Below, one piece after another: positions 27,724 to 36,703 of a stretch of 64,000 bases of DNA. The stretch is from Patescibacteria group bacterium (GTDB taxonomy: Bacteria; Patescibacteriota; Saccharimonadia; Saccharimonadales; JANWIN01). The DNA is taken from NCBI GenBank assembly GCA_035480855.1, contig DATIHJ010000019.1, forward strand, positions 16,096-80,095, in the 5' to 3' direction. Made by a program: the position numbers and the translations under genes. The notes below the pieces were generated by a model, which was not told where the DNA came from, searched no databases, and saw only the letters and a list, made by a program, of their open reading frames with translations. How positions within the stretch are numbered: the first letter of the stretch is position 1; the number at the start of each line of letters is the position of its first letter.

Positions 27724-28290
27724 GTGTCTTACGTGATTGGCATTGATGAAGTGGGCAGAGGTAGCTGGGCTGGGCCCTTACTCGTGGTAGCTGCTAGACA
27801 GGTGCGCAATTTGCCGGAGGGCTTAAACGACTCTAAGTTACTTTCTAAAAAGCAGCGGGAAGCGCTGATTGATGATATAGCTATTAGCTGCCAGACAGGT
27901 GAAGGCTGGGTACAGCCAGAAGAGATTGATGAACATGGCCTGACCCAAGCTATGCGTCTTGGTGTTAGCCGGGCACTGATTATGCTAGGTGCCAAGGAAA
28001 CAGATGCGATTATTATGGACGGCAAAATCAATTATTGTCCACCTGAGTATATTAATGTGAAATGTGTTGTAAGTGCAGACACACTGCACCCTATAGTCAG
28101 TGCGGCCAGCATACATGCCAAGGTTTTACGTGATAAACATATGGAACGCCTAGCCCCACTATATCCAGAATATGGATTTGAAAAACATGTGGGTTACGGC
28201 ACTCATCTGCATAGGCTTATGTTACGCGTATACGGTCCCTGCCAAATTCATCGCCGCTCTTATAAACCTGTTGCCCAGGGTTTGAAATAA
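27724..28290 (+). CDS. rnhB: Ribonuclease HII
   Basis: 188 aa with a GTG start. It has the GIDEVGRGSWAGPL catalytic motif and DSKLLS. Confidence 0.9.
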   Translation: MSYVIGIDEVGRGSWAGPLLVVAARQVRNLPEGLNDSKLLSKKQREALIDDIAISCQTGEGWVQPEEIDEHGLTQAMRLGVSRALIMLGAKETDAIIMDGKINYCPPEYINVKCVVSADTLHPIVSAASIHAKVLRDKHMERLAPLYPEYGFEKHVGYGTHLHRLMLRVYGPCQIHRRSYKPVAQGLK

Positions 28291-28291
28291 T

Positions 28292-30880
28292 TCACTTCTT
28301 GCCGGATGTTTTGGCGTAAGACTCAAGCCAGCTGGTAATTTTAGACTGGTCGCGTTTTCTCCAATCAACCCTTGCTTGTATCTCAGAAAAGGAAATTAAT
28401 ATATTACGCTTCATGGAAATGCTACTGGTTTTTGGCTCAAAAAACTCTTTGTAGCGTTTTTGCCACACGGGCGAGCTTATCGGGCGCGAGGCATACCATA
28501 TAAAGTACTCCATCTTTTTGCCGTCTCCATACAGCTTCATAAGGTGTGGCCATCTGTCTACCAGCCATTCCCAAGCAACTTCTCTGGTGTGGGGGTTGCG
28601 CATAAGGTAGACAAACCAGTGGTCAATATCTTGTGGCCGGATGATATCGTCGTTATACATGCCCCATTTAACAATTAGCTTAGCTACTTTTGGATCACGC
28701 GTAGAGCATAGTGCGGAAATAATGGCTTGCTGTATGTCTGGGTTTGGAGAGGACACGTATTCGTCCATAAACTTTTTAATATACTTTGCATCACCAAACC
28801 GAATGGCTGCACCTGCAATGATAGCTCGCTGCTCGGCTGGCAGCGCCTCCACAGTTTTTGCTTTATACATTTTAGCTAATGCCGTGTCTATAGCCTCTTT
28901 GCTCTCGCCACCCACACTCAGTGCAATTGCCGTAGTACGAAGCTGCTTGGTGTTTGGGTCATCGCCAACTTTGTCGCTCCAGCCAAGTTTTTTGAACCAG
29001 TGCTCGGAAAGATCCCGCCTGAACTTGGCCAAAAGTTTTTCAGATTGCTTGTCGTCATCTGTTAGCAGCTGGGCAAAGCCAATAGTTCGCCCAAAAACCG
29101 ACCATACAGCTTCGCGGTCTTCCCTTGGGCACTGAGCTACCAATTCTAGGGCGTCAGTTAATGAGTAACTACCTTTCTGGATCCCAAGTAGCATATCGTT
29201 GATTGCTATAATACGACCCTCAGAGCTCAGGGTGCGGTCAACTATTTTGTTTCGTACTTGCTCACGCATTCCTGAGTCTTGGTAGTTCACAATATAGTGC
29301 CCGCTGCCACTTGGATTTAGGGTAGGCTGTTCACTGCCGCTATATTTCACGGTACCGTTAGAATTTTTTAGAATCCGTGGATCTATCTTTTGGTTAGACA
29401 GCAGCGGTATGTTCCATTTAGTTTGCTTGTCTTCGCCATCAAGCAAAAAACGCTTCTGGGTAAGCTCCAAACTGTTCTTAGACTTTTTGACCATGAGTTC
29501 AGGTGTACCTGATTGTTCTATCCAAGGTGTCATTAATGAACCTATATCTAAATTGCTGGCATTACTTAGCTCTTGCCATAATTCTCCGCGACTAGTGTTT
29601 TTGAATGCAAACTTTTTGAAATAACTAGTTAGACCTTTACGGAAAGCCTCCTCGCCAATGAAATCAAACATCATTTTTAGTATCCGTGCACCTTTGGCAT
29701 AGACAATGGCTGGGTCAAACAGGCTAAGTATTTCATCTGGATGTTTTATAGTAACCCCAATGGATTGGACGTCTTTGTAAACATCTCTGTTGGCAGCTCC
29801 AATTACTCGGCTAGATGTAAAATCTTCCCACACATGCCAATCTGGATGTAGTCTATCTGGTGCTAGCGATTCCATAATTGATGCAAAACTTTCGTTTAGC
29901 CATAAATCATCCCACCATTTCATGGTTACAAGGTTGCCAAACCACTGGTGCGAAAGTTCATGGGCTATGACCATGGTTATGAGTTGCTCACCACTAATAG
30001 AACGGTTTTTTGGATCTGCCAATAGGCCCACCTCACGGTAGGTTATGAGTCCCCAGTTTTCCATAGCAAGACTGTCAAAGTCAGGTAGCGCTACCTGGTC
30101 TAACTTTTTTAGTGGAAATGCGACTTCAAAATAGTCCTCAAAAAACTCTAGAAGTTTTACTGCCTCGGAGTTGGCATAGTTAAGATGGGTTTTTGGCTGG
30201 GCTACTGTCGCCCAAGATTTTACTTCCACACCACTTTTGGTTTTACCGGCTACAGCGTGCATTTCTCCGTACACAAATGCTAGTAAGTAAGTTGACATAA
30301 TAGGAGCAGTTTCAAACGTAGTAATAGTGTTTGTTTTTAATTTCTTTTGGCCTTTAATCGGAGTATTGGCAATAACGATTTCTCCAGATGGTATTGTGAG
30401 TTGTAAATCAAAAGTAGCCTTAGCCTCTGGCTCGTCTATGCATGGGAAGGCCTCCCTAGCGTGATGGCTTTCAAATTGAGTAGCAATAAGCATTTTGTCT
30501 TGACCTTTGTGCTTAAAAAAGCATGGATATATACCCTGCATTGGCCTTGTAATGGTTCCCTTAAATGCCAGTTCAATCTTGTAGGGTCCAGGGTATAGCA
30601 GCTCATCACTATGCAGACGGACTTCATGAAGGCTTTTGTGATGATTGATGCGGCTAACCTCGATACTTTGGCTGCCTTTTTTACCAAGATTAGTAATTTT
30701 AGCACTGGTTATGGTCAGCCCGTTTTGGTGAAAAGTGATGCGTTTGCTAGGGCGGCCTGTTTTTTTGCCATCAATAATTACCTTGCCAGCAAATTTCATC
30801 TGTTTGGCATCTGGCATAAGTTCTAGCTGGTAATGTGACGGCTGGAATTCCCTAAACAGCCGTTTAACACCTTTACTCAT
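28292..30880 (-). CDS. pepN: M1-family aminopeptidase N
   Basis: 862 aa with the exopeptidase motif AMEN (LAMENWG), zinc motif HELSHQWFGN...(18)...E (WLNESFA), and a C-terminal ERAP1-like helical domain. Confidence 0.9.
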   Translation of the reverse strand: MSKGVKRLFREFQPSHYQLELMPDAKQMKFAGKVIIDGKKTGRPSKRITFHQNGLTITSAKITNLGKKGSQSIEVSRINHHKSLHEVRLHSDELLYPGPYKIELAFKGTITRPMQGIYPCFFKHKGQDKMLIATQFESHHAREAFPCIDEPEAKATFDLQLTIPSGEIVIANTPIKGQKKLKTNTITTFETAPIMSTYLLAFVYGEMHAVAGKTKSGVEVKSWATVAQPKTHLNYANSEAVKLLEFFEDYFEVAFPLKKLDQVALPDFDSLAMENWGLITYREVGLLADPKNRSISGEQLITMVIAHELSHQWFGNLVTMKWWDDLWLNESFASIMESLAPDRLHPDWHVWEDFTSSRVIGAANRDVYKDVQSIGVTIKHPDEILSLFDPAIVYAKGARILKMMFDFIGEEAFRKGLTSYFKKFAFKNTSRGELWQELSNASNLDIGSLMTPWIEQSGTPELMVKKSKNSLELTQKRFLLDGEDKQTKWNIPLLSNQKIDPRILKNSNGTVKYSGSEQPTLNPSGSGHYIVNYQDSGMREQVRNKIVDRTLSSEGRIIAINDMLLGIQKGSYSLTDALELVAQCPREDREAVWSVFGRTIGFAQLLTDDDKQSEKLLAKFRRDLSEHWFKKLGWSDKVGDDPNTKQLRTTAIALSVGGESKEAIDTALAKMYKAKTVEALPAEQRAIIAGAAIRFGDAKYIKKFMDEYVSSPNPDIQQAIISALCSTRDPKVAKLIVKWGMYNDDIIRPQDIDHWFVYLMRNPHTREVAWEWLVDRWPHLMKLYGDGKKMEYFIWYASRPISSPVWQKRYKEFFEPKTSSISMKRNILISFSEIQARVDWRKRDQSKITSWLESYAKTSGKK

Positions 30881-30887
30881 TCCATTT

Positions 30888-30896
30888 ATTCTAGCA
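30888..30896 (-). promoter_or_regulatory. Extended -10 box (TGCTAGAAT on the minus strand) 7 nt upstream of the pepN ATG
   Basis: The reverse complement of 30888-30896 reads TGCTAGAAT, and the ATG ends at 30880. Confidence 0.45.
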
Positions 30897-30913
30897 TGAA
30901 CAGGGGCGTTGAA

Positions 30914-30942
30914 TTGACAATATAGGTTTGCAGGCGTAGAAT
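30914..30942 (+). promoter_or_regulatory. nusA promoter (TTGACA-17 nt-TAGAAT)
   Basis: A consensus -35 at 30914-30919, a 17-nt spacer and TAGAAT at 30937-30942. Confidence 0.6.
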
Positions 30943-30955
30943 TATAACTATTGTA

Positions 30956-30978
30956 TCCGGCCGGCAGGTCGGATTTTT
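30956..30978 (+). terminator. Terminator-like hairpin plus T5 run inside the nusA 5' leader (possible attenuator)
   Basis: TCCGGCC / GGTCGGA forms a 7-bp GC-rich stem (one G-U) with loop GGCA, followed by TTTTT. It lies between the promoter and the AAAGGAG Shine-Dalgarno at 30994-31000. Confidence 0.5.
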
Positions 30979-31006
30979 CAATTCTAAAACCACAAAGGAG
31001 ATCGTA

Positions 31007-32173
31007 ATGGAACTAGATATGAAGCAACTCGCTGTAGCCGTAAGAGCTATTGCCGAGGAAAAGAACCTACCAGAAGAAACTGTGCAGGAAGTTGTAGAAC
31101 AAGCCTTAGCTGCCGCTTACCGACGTGACTACGGAGACCGCGAACAAGAAGTTCGTGTATCTATGAACCTCAACACTGGAGCCGTGGATGCATTTGTGAG
31201 CAAAGAAGTTGTCAAAGAAGTCACTGATGATCACTTCGAGATTGGTCTTGCTGCCGCCCAGTTAATCCGCAAAAACGCTAAACTAGGTGAAACAGTTGAG
31301 ATTCATGAAAAAGTTACAGACTTTGGTCGTGTAGCTGCCCAAACTGCTAAGCAGGTTATCTTACAGCGTCTGCGAGAAGCTGAGCGTGAGATTGTTATGG
31401 CCGAGTATGAAGATAAAATTGGTACCGTTATAAATGGAATTGTTAGCCGAGTGGAGGGCAACATTGTACGTGTAGAACTGGGCAAGGCCCAGGGAATTAT
31501 GCCCAAAAGTGAGCAAATCCAAAATGAGCGTTACTATCCTGGCCAGCGTATCAAGGTCTACCTTAAAGACGTAGAACGTGGTTTTCGAGGCCCGCAGCTA
31601 GTGGTTAGCCGCGGCAGTATTCAGTTTATTGAATGGCTTTTCCGCGCTGAGGTACCAGAGATGGAAAACGGTGCAGTAGAAATTAAGGGTATTGCCCGCG
31701 AGGCCGGTGTGCGCAGTAAGATAGCTGTGAGCAGCACAGTTCCAGGAGTAGACCCTGTTGGAACATTTGTGGGCGGGCATGGTACACGCGTAAACGCCGT
31801 TATGAGTGAGGTTGGCGAGCAAGAAAAGATAGACATTGTAGTCTGGAATGAAGAACCCGTTACCTATATAACTAATGCCTTGAGCCCAACCAAAGTCACC
31901 AAAGTAAACCTTGACGAAAAGAATAAAAAGGCTGCTGTAATGGTGCCAGAAGACCAACTAAGCATCGCCATCGGTAAAAGTGGCCAGAATGTACGCCTTG
32001 CCAGTAAGCTAACTGGTTACGAACTAGATATTGTGTCTGAAGATGAAGCTAAAAAGGCACCAGAGCCAACAGCCAAGGAAGAAAGCAAGCCAGCTCCTAA
32101 GCTCAAGAAAAAAGAACAGCTTGAGAGCTCACTCCTAGAAGCCATTGAAGAGCACGGCATAGAAGGCAAATAA
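31007..32173 (+). CDS. nusA: Transcription termination/antitermination factor NusA
   Basis: 388 aa with the N-terminal domain, S1 (GTVINGIVSRVEGNIVRVELG), KH1/KH2 (GSRI-like and IGKSGQNVRLA) and a K/E-rich tail. Confidence 0.93.
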   Translation: MELDMKQLAVAVRAIAEEKNLPEETVQEVVEQALAAAYRRDYGDREQEVRVSMNLNTGAVDAFVSKEVVKEVTDDHFEIGLAAAQLIRKNAKLGETVEIHEKVTDFGRVAAQTAKQVILQRLREAEREIVMAEYEDKIGTVINGIVSRVEGNIVRVELGKAQGIMPKSEQIQNERYYPGQRIKVYLKDVERGFRGPQLVVSRGSIQFIEWLFRAEVPEMENGAVEIKGIAREAGVRSKIAVSSTVPGVDPVGTFVGGHGTRVNAVMSEVGEQEKIDIVVWNEEPVTYITNALSPTKVTKVNLDEKNKKAAVMVPEDQLSIAIGKSGQNVRLASKLTGYELDIVSEDEAKKAPEPTAKEESKPAPKLKKKEQLESSLLEAIEEHGIEGK

Positions 32174-32234
32174 CCCGTATAAACTGGGTCTATGTACTTG
32201 CTAAGTAATCAGTAAGATTGTATAATTAGGTATA

Positions 32235-33020
32235 ATGAAGTTAGTCGAACATTTACCTTTATTGGATCAAATAAAGGGTGAACCTCCAGTCAAATTAGAC
32301 CTCTCACAAACAGTCATGCCTGAAGATGTTGATTTTACCTTTATAGGTACCGAACATCATGATGAAGCAGGAGAGCCCGACTATTTGAAAGAAGTACTAA
32401 CTGATACAGACATATATATGCCAGAATTTGCAGGCTGGGATGCCGAACTAAAAAAGCGTTTAAATCGTGTAGCTCGTGGTGACTATAAGGCGCTTGTAAA
32501 AGTTAGGCAGGAGCACCAACGGCAAGGCACTGAAAAACATACCAATATGGCTAGATACAAGTCTGCTGCCGATGAAGCACTATACAACACAGGAGTTAGG
32601 GTAGAGCTAGTAGATTATCCACATAAACATGATGATTTAGTTGAATGGGATAGGTGGCATAGGGGTAGGAGAGCTCACAACGAAGAAGCTTATCCTATGT
32701 ATCTAGGTAGAGACCAGCATATTCTGGACAGTTTGGTTTCTGCTATCCAGCGTTTGCGTACAGATGATAGTAAAATAGCAGCGAGAGTTCCGTTAAGAAT
32801 TGTTATGGCATTTGGGCTGGCTCACCTGTCTTTGCAGGATGCTTTAGCCCATGCAGCGGCGGAACAAGGCATTACTACTTTTCAATCGCGTAAATTATTT
32901 GAAGAAACACCGACTCTCAGAAGTAATAGTTTAACCCTTAATGGATCAGAGGCAGCTGAACTAAATGACAGATTCAGCCATATTGTCGGATACCAAAACT
33001 GGCTGAGAGAAGAAGTCTAG
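32235..33020 (+). CDS. Hypothetical protein (261 aa) with paired GTEHH / GLAHL motifs
   Basis: Called from the ORF. The motifs IGTEHH (32346-32360) with a downstream MPEF, and GLAHL (32814-32828), resemble the duplicated GxxH...E pattern of the TraB/TIKI/ChaN/EreA-like superfamily. This assignment is tentative. Confidence 0.45.
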   Translation: MKLVEHLPLLDQIKGEPPVKLDLSQTVMPEDVDFTFIGTEHHDEAGEPDYLKEVLTDTDIYMPEFAGWDAELKKRLNRVARGDYKALVKVRQEHQRQGTEKHTNMARYKSAADEALYNTGVRVELVDYPHKHDDLVEWDRWHRGRRAHNEEAYPMYLGRDQHILDSLVSAIQRLRTDDSKIAARVPLRIVMAFGLAHLSLQDALAHAAAEQGITTFQSRKLFEETPTLRSNSLTLNGSEAAELNDRFSHIVGYQNWLREEV

Positions 33021-33043
33021 CACTCTTGACATGCGAGTGCCAG
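33017..33043 (+). promoter_or_regulatory. CIRCE-like inverted repeat (HrcA operator-like) overlapping the clpC promoter
   Basis: CTAGCACTC-N9-GAGTGCCAG matches the consensus TTAGCACTC-N9-GAGTGCTAA at 15/18 positions. The N9 contains the -35 TTGACA (33026-33031), and TATTAT lies at 33050-33055. Confidence 0.55.
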
Positions 33044-33087
33044 TTTGTGTATTATTGAGTAGTTAAGTATAAAAATATTATTAGAAG

Positions 33088-33096
33088 TGGGATAAT
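33088..33096 (+). promoter_or_regulatory. Possible second, leaderless-type -10 box (TGGGATAAT) 6 nt upstream of the clpC ATG
   Basis: GATAAT lies at 33091-33096 and the ATG at 33103. Confidence 0.3.
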
Positions 33097-33102
33097 AACT
33101 AT

Positions 33103-35610
33103 ATGATGCCAAACAGTCCAGATTTCAATGAGTTCACTAACCATTTAACGGACAACGCTCGTCTGAGCCTGCGTCACGCTGAAGCCATTGCGAGAGGTTT
33201 TGGCAGCGCATATATTGGAACTGAGCATTTGTTACTTGGCGTCTTGGCACAAGACTCATCTATGGGTGCAAAACTACTTGAAGACGTAGGTGTAACCCTG
33301 GACCGCGCTCGGCTAGCCCTTAACCTTACTCCTAAAACACTGGTTATCAATATGGGCGCTAAGGGTCTCAGTGAAACAGCGAAACTCACTCTAAAGATGG
33401 CATATGAAGTTGCCCAGGATTACAATCAGGAATACTGCGGCACAGAGCACATCTTATACAGTATCCTAAACCAAAAGAATGCCCGTGCAACTGTACTTAT
33501 GCGTGATATGAACGTGAATGTAGATCAGCTATTAAACGGCTTAGAACAATTCCTAAACCGCCAGCAATATGAGGATACTAATGAGTCTGAGTCCACTGGC
33601 ACTCGTAGGCGCAGCGGTGGCAGCAAGCGCCAGCGCAAAACTGCACTTGATTACTATGGTACTGACATGACAGCCCAGGCCCGTGACGGTAAGCTTGACC
33701 CAGTAGTTGGCCGCGAGGCACAAATTCGCCGAGTTATTACTATCCTAAACCGCCGTACCAAAAATAACCCGGTACTAATAGGTGAGCCAGGAGTTGGTAA
33801 AACTGCCATAGTCGAGGGTCTTGCCCAGCGTATTGTGGCAGAGGATGTGCCTGATGGCTTGCTAGACAAGCGCATTATTGTACTTGATCTAGCTGGCATG
33901 ATTGCTGGCACTAAATATCGAGGTGAGTTCGAAGAGCGCCTCAAAAAAGTTATGAGCGAGCTTGAGAATGACAAAAAGACTATTATGTTTATTGACGAGC
34001 TACATCTCATAGTTGGCGCTGGCGCAGCCGAGGGCGCTATGGATGCCGGTAATATTCTAAAACCCGCACTTGCCCGCGGCAAAATGCAGGTTATTGGCGC
34101 TACGACAACCGCTGAATACACTAAGCATATTGAAAAAGATGCCGCTCTTGAACGACGCTTTCAACCCATTCAAGTACCAGAGGCTACAGTGCCAGAGACA
34201 TTGTCTATCCTAAAAGGATTACGCAAACACTACGAGGCCTTCCACAACGTGACTATCACGGACCTAGTATTAGAAGACACTGTTACTCTAGCTAAACGCT
34301 ATATTAATGACCGCTACATGCCAGACAAAGCCATAGACTTGCTAGACGAAACAGCAGCCTACTTGCGTGTAGACAAGGGTAAGACCCCACCAGATGTCCG
34401 CCGTTTGCAAAAAGAGCTCAAGCTAGTAAATAGTCAGATTGACGATGCGGTGGATAACGAAGACTACGAAAAAGCCGCTCAGCACAAAACTAGGGCCAGC
34501 CAAATAAGCGAGGAACTCAAACAACTGCAATCAAGTGGCAAGGGCGTAAACAGACTGACGCTTGCAAGTGATGATGTGGCTGAGGTTGTTGCCCGCATGA
34601 CAGGCGTTCCTGTCAAAAAGGTTATCCGTGCAGAGGCTAAGTACCTAATAAATCTAGAAAAAACACTTAGTAAATATGTCATAGGTCAGGATGAGGCTGT
34701 TGAAGCTGTTTCTAAGGCCGTCCGACGCAACCGCTTGGGAATAAGCAGCGGCGCCCGCCCAATTGGTTCGTTTATATTCCTAGGCCCCACCGGTGTTGGT
34801 AAAACTGAGCTAGCTCGTGTTCTGGCCCGTGAATTTTTTGGCAGTAGTGAAGCCCTAGTTAAGATTGATATGAGTGAGTTTGGCGAGCATCACAACGTAG
34901 CGCGTCTTGTCGGTGCACCCGCTGGCTATGTAGGCTACGATGATGGTGGTCAGCTGACAGATAAAATTCGCCGTCAGCCTTATAGCCTAGTATTGTTTGA
35001 TGAAATCGAAAAAGCCCACCCTGAGGTCTTCAACATGCTCTTGCAAATGCTGGAAGACGGCGTCTTAACAGATGCCAAAGGTCGTAAGATTGACTTTACA
35101 AACACTATTGTCATTATGACCAGCAACATTGGTGCCCAGAAGCTTCAAAAAGAGGCAGGACTAGGATTCCAGGCCACCAGCCCAAGTGATCTTAAGGATC
35201 TAGACTCATTGCATAAGAACAACAAGGACAAGGTGCTCGATGAGCTCAAAAAGACTATGCGTCCAGAACTACTTAACCGCATAGACAAAACCATAGTCTT
35301 CCGTGCCCTGACCAAGAAAGACGCGTTAAAAATCCTGGATCTTCAGATAGAAGAACTCCGCCAACGTTTAGTCAAACATGGATTGGGCCTGGATGTTTCA
35401 CTTGCAGCCAAACAGCACTTGCTAGAGGAAGGCTACGACGCACTAAACGGTGTACGACCGCTACGTCGATTGCTACAAGACACCATAGAAGACCAGATTG
35501 CCCTTGAAGTACTGGACAACCACTATCAAAAAGGCGATATCGTAGCAGTTAACGTGAAGAAAAAAGAACTAACTTACTCGGCAGCTTCAGAAGTACCCAC
35601 CAAGCGCTAA
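33103..35610 (+). CDS. clpC: ATP-dependent Clp protease ATP-binding subunit ClpC
   Basis: 835 aa with two Clp_N repeats, two AAA+ modules ([16 protein letters not shown]) and a UVR motif between them. The C-terminal domain follows the second module. Confidence 0.93.
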   Translation: MMPNSPDFNEFTNHLTDNARLSLRHAEAIARGFGSAYIGTEHLLLGVLAQDSSMGAKLLEDVGVTLDRARLALNLTPKTLVINMGAKGLSETAKLTLKMAYEVAQDYNQEYCGTEHILYSILNQKNARATVLMRDMNVNVDQLLNGLEQFLNRQQYEDTNESESTGTRRRSGGSKRQRKTALDYYGTDMTAQARDGKLDPVVGREAQIRRVITILNRRTKNNPVLIGEPGVGKTAIVEGLAQRIVAEDVPDGLLDKRIIVLDLAGMIAGTKYRGEFEERLKKVMSELENDKKTIMFIDELHLIVGAGAAEGAMDAGNILKPALARGKMQVIGATTTAEYTKHIEKDAALERRFQPIQVPEATVPETLSILKGLRKHYEAFHNVTITDLVLEDTVTLAKRYINDRYMPDKAIDLLDETAAYLRVDKGKTPPDVRRLQKELKLVNSQIDDAVDNEDYEKAAQHKTRASQISEELKQLQSSGKGVNRLTLASDDVAEVVARMTGVPVKKVIRAEAKYLINLEKTLSKYVIGQDEAVEAVSKAVRRNRLGISSGARPIGSFIFLGPTGVGKTELARVLAREFFGSSEALVKIDMSEFGEHHNVARLVGAPAGYVGYDDGGQLTDKIRRQPYSLVLFDEIEKAHPEVFNMLLQMLEDGVLTDAKGRKIDFTNTIVIMTSNIGAQKLQKEAGLGFQATSPSDLKDLDSLHKNNKDKVLDELKKTMRPELLNRIDKTIVFRALTKKDALKILDLQIEELRQRLVKHGLGLDVSLAAKQHLLEEGYDALNGVRPLRRLLQDTIEDQIALEVLDNHYQKGDIVAVNVKKKELTYSAASEVPTKR

Positions 35611-35636
35611 ATAACCAGCTCTAAGTGGTTATTTTG
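35610..35636 (+). terminator. Probable terminator after clpC
   Basis: AATAACCA / TGGTTATT forms an 8-bp stem with an 8-nt loop, followed by a short T-run. Confidence 0.5.
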
Positions 35637-35643
35637 CTATACT
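35635..35643 (+). promoter_or_regulatory. Extended -10 box (TGCTATACT) 7 nt upstream of the ATG at 35651
   Basis: TATACT lies at 35638-35643. There is no Shine-Dalgarno. Confidence 0.45.
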
Positions 35644-35650
35644 GCTTGGT

Positions 35651-36637
35651 ATGCAGTCTAAACCCAAGCGCAAGGGGTTAATCACACTTCTGGTTTTACT
35701 GGCCCTGTTAGTTTTTGTTTGGCTAAAGCATAACGCTATTTACGATTGGTTTCAGCTTCGTAACTACTCCGCTCCCGCCCAAGTTGTTCAACTGGCTACC
35801 GACACAACAATGACCTCGCAGACAACTCATCTGTTTTACGTCAACCATCCTGCAATCGAAAGTAGCAGTGATTTTAACGCGAGCTGCCCTAATAACGGCG
35901 GTGAGCAGACCATTATTTTAGGATGTTACCATAATCCGCAGCGAGGAATATTCCTATTTTCGGTCAGCGACCCTCAGCTTAATGGTGTGATGCAGGTCAC
36001 TGCTGCACATGAGACGCTGCACGCCATTTATGACCGTCTCAGCACTAAAGAACGCAACTACGTCGACGGGCTGCTACAAGACTATTACCAACACGATCTG
36101 CATGATCAACGACTACTTGATACTATTGCTGCCTACAAAAAGAGCGAACCCAAAGATGTTGTCAACGAAATGCACTCGGTTTTTGGCACGGAGGTTTCAA
36201 ATCTGCCGCCGGCTCTTGAGACTTACTATGCTCAGTACTTTACCAATAGGGCCAAGATAGTAAGCTATTCACAGCAATACCAGGCAGCATTTTCTAGCCG
36301 AAAGGCCCAAGCGGATAATCTGTTGCAACAGATTAAGGCGCTCGAGCAGCAACTAAGCACACTTAAAGCTCAGATCGATAGTCAAGAATCAGATCTAAGG
36401 GCTAAACGGCAGGCTATTGATAGCGAGCGAGGCAATATTACTGACGTACAAGCATTCAATGCCCAAGTGGACGATTACAATAGCCAGGTAACCCTATACC
36501 AGGCTAAGGTAGCCACCTATAACCAGTTAGTAAATCAGCACAATCAATTACGCGACCAATATCAAGCCATTGCAGTCGAGGAAACCCAACTCTTTAAAGA
36601 ACTAGACAGCCAAAGCTCCACCGTGTCCTCCCAATAA
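35651..36637 (+). CDS. Membrane-anchored protein with an HExxH motif and a Q-rich coiled-coil tail
   Basis: 328 aa. The layout is an N-terminal TM (LITLLVLLALLVFVWL), a Cys pair (SCPNNGG...GCYH), HETLH at 36008-36022 and a C-terminal ~110 aa Q/A/L-rich heptad-like region. Confidence 0.55.
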   Translation: MQSKPKRKGLITLLVLLALLVFVWLKHNAIYDWFQLRNYSAPAQVVQLATDTTMTSQTTHLFYVNHPAIESSSDFNASCPNNGGEQTIILGCYHNPQRGIFLFSVSDPQLNGVMQVTAAHETLHAIYDRLSTKERNYVDGLLQDYYQHDLHDQRLLDTIAAYKKSEPKDVVNEMHSVFGTEVSNLPPALETYYAQYFTNRAKIVSYSQQYQAAFSSRKAQADNLLQQIKALEQQLSTLKAQIDSQESDLRAKRQAIDSERGNITDVQAFNAQVDDYNSQVTLYQAKVATYNQLVNQHNQLRDQYQAIAVEETQLFKELDSQSSTVSSQ

Positions 36638-36703
36638 TTTAGCAATAATCTGTAGGTAGGGTTTGGGTTGGGGGAATTGTGAGTGTAAAGGTAAAATGAA
36701 GCT

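Noticed and set aside
28641-29135. 164-aa plus-strand ORF, and other 60-130 aa antisense ORFs inside pepN, PBP1A, dnaE, clpC and fusA
   Set aside because: All are nested antisense within long, confidently assigned genes. Their compositions are Ser/Leu/Cys-biased, as is typical of shadow ORFs.
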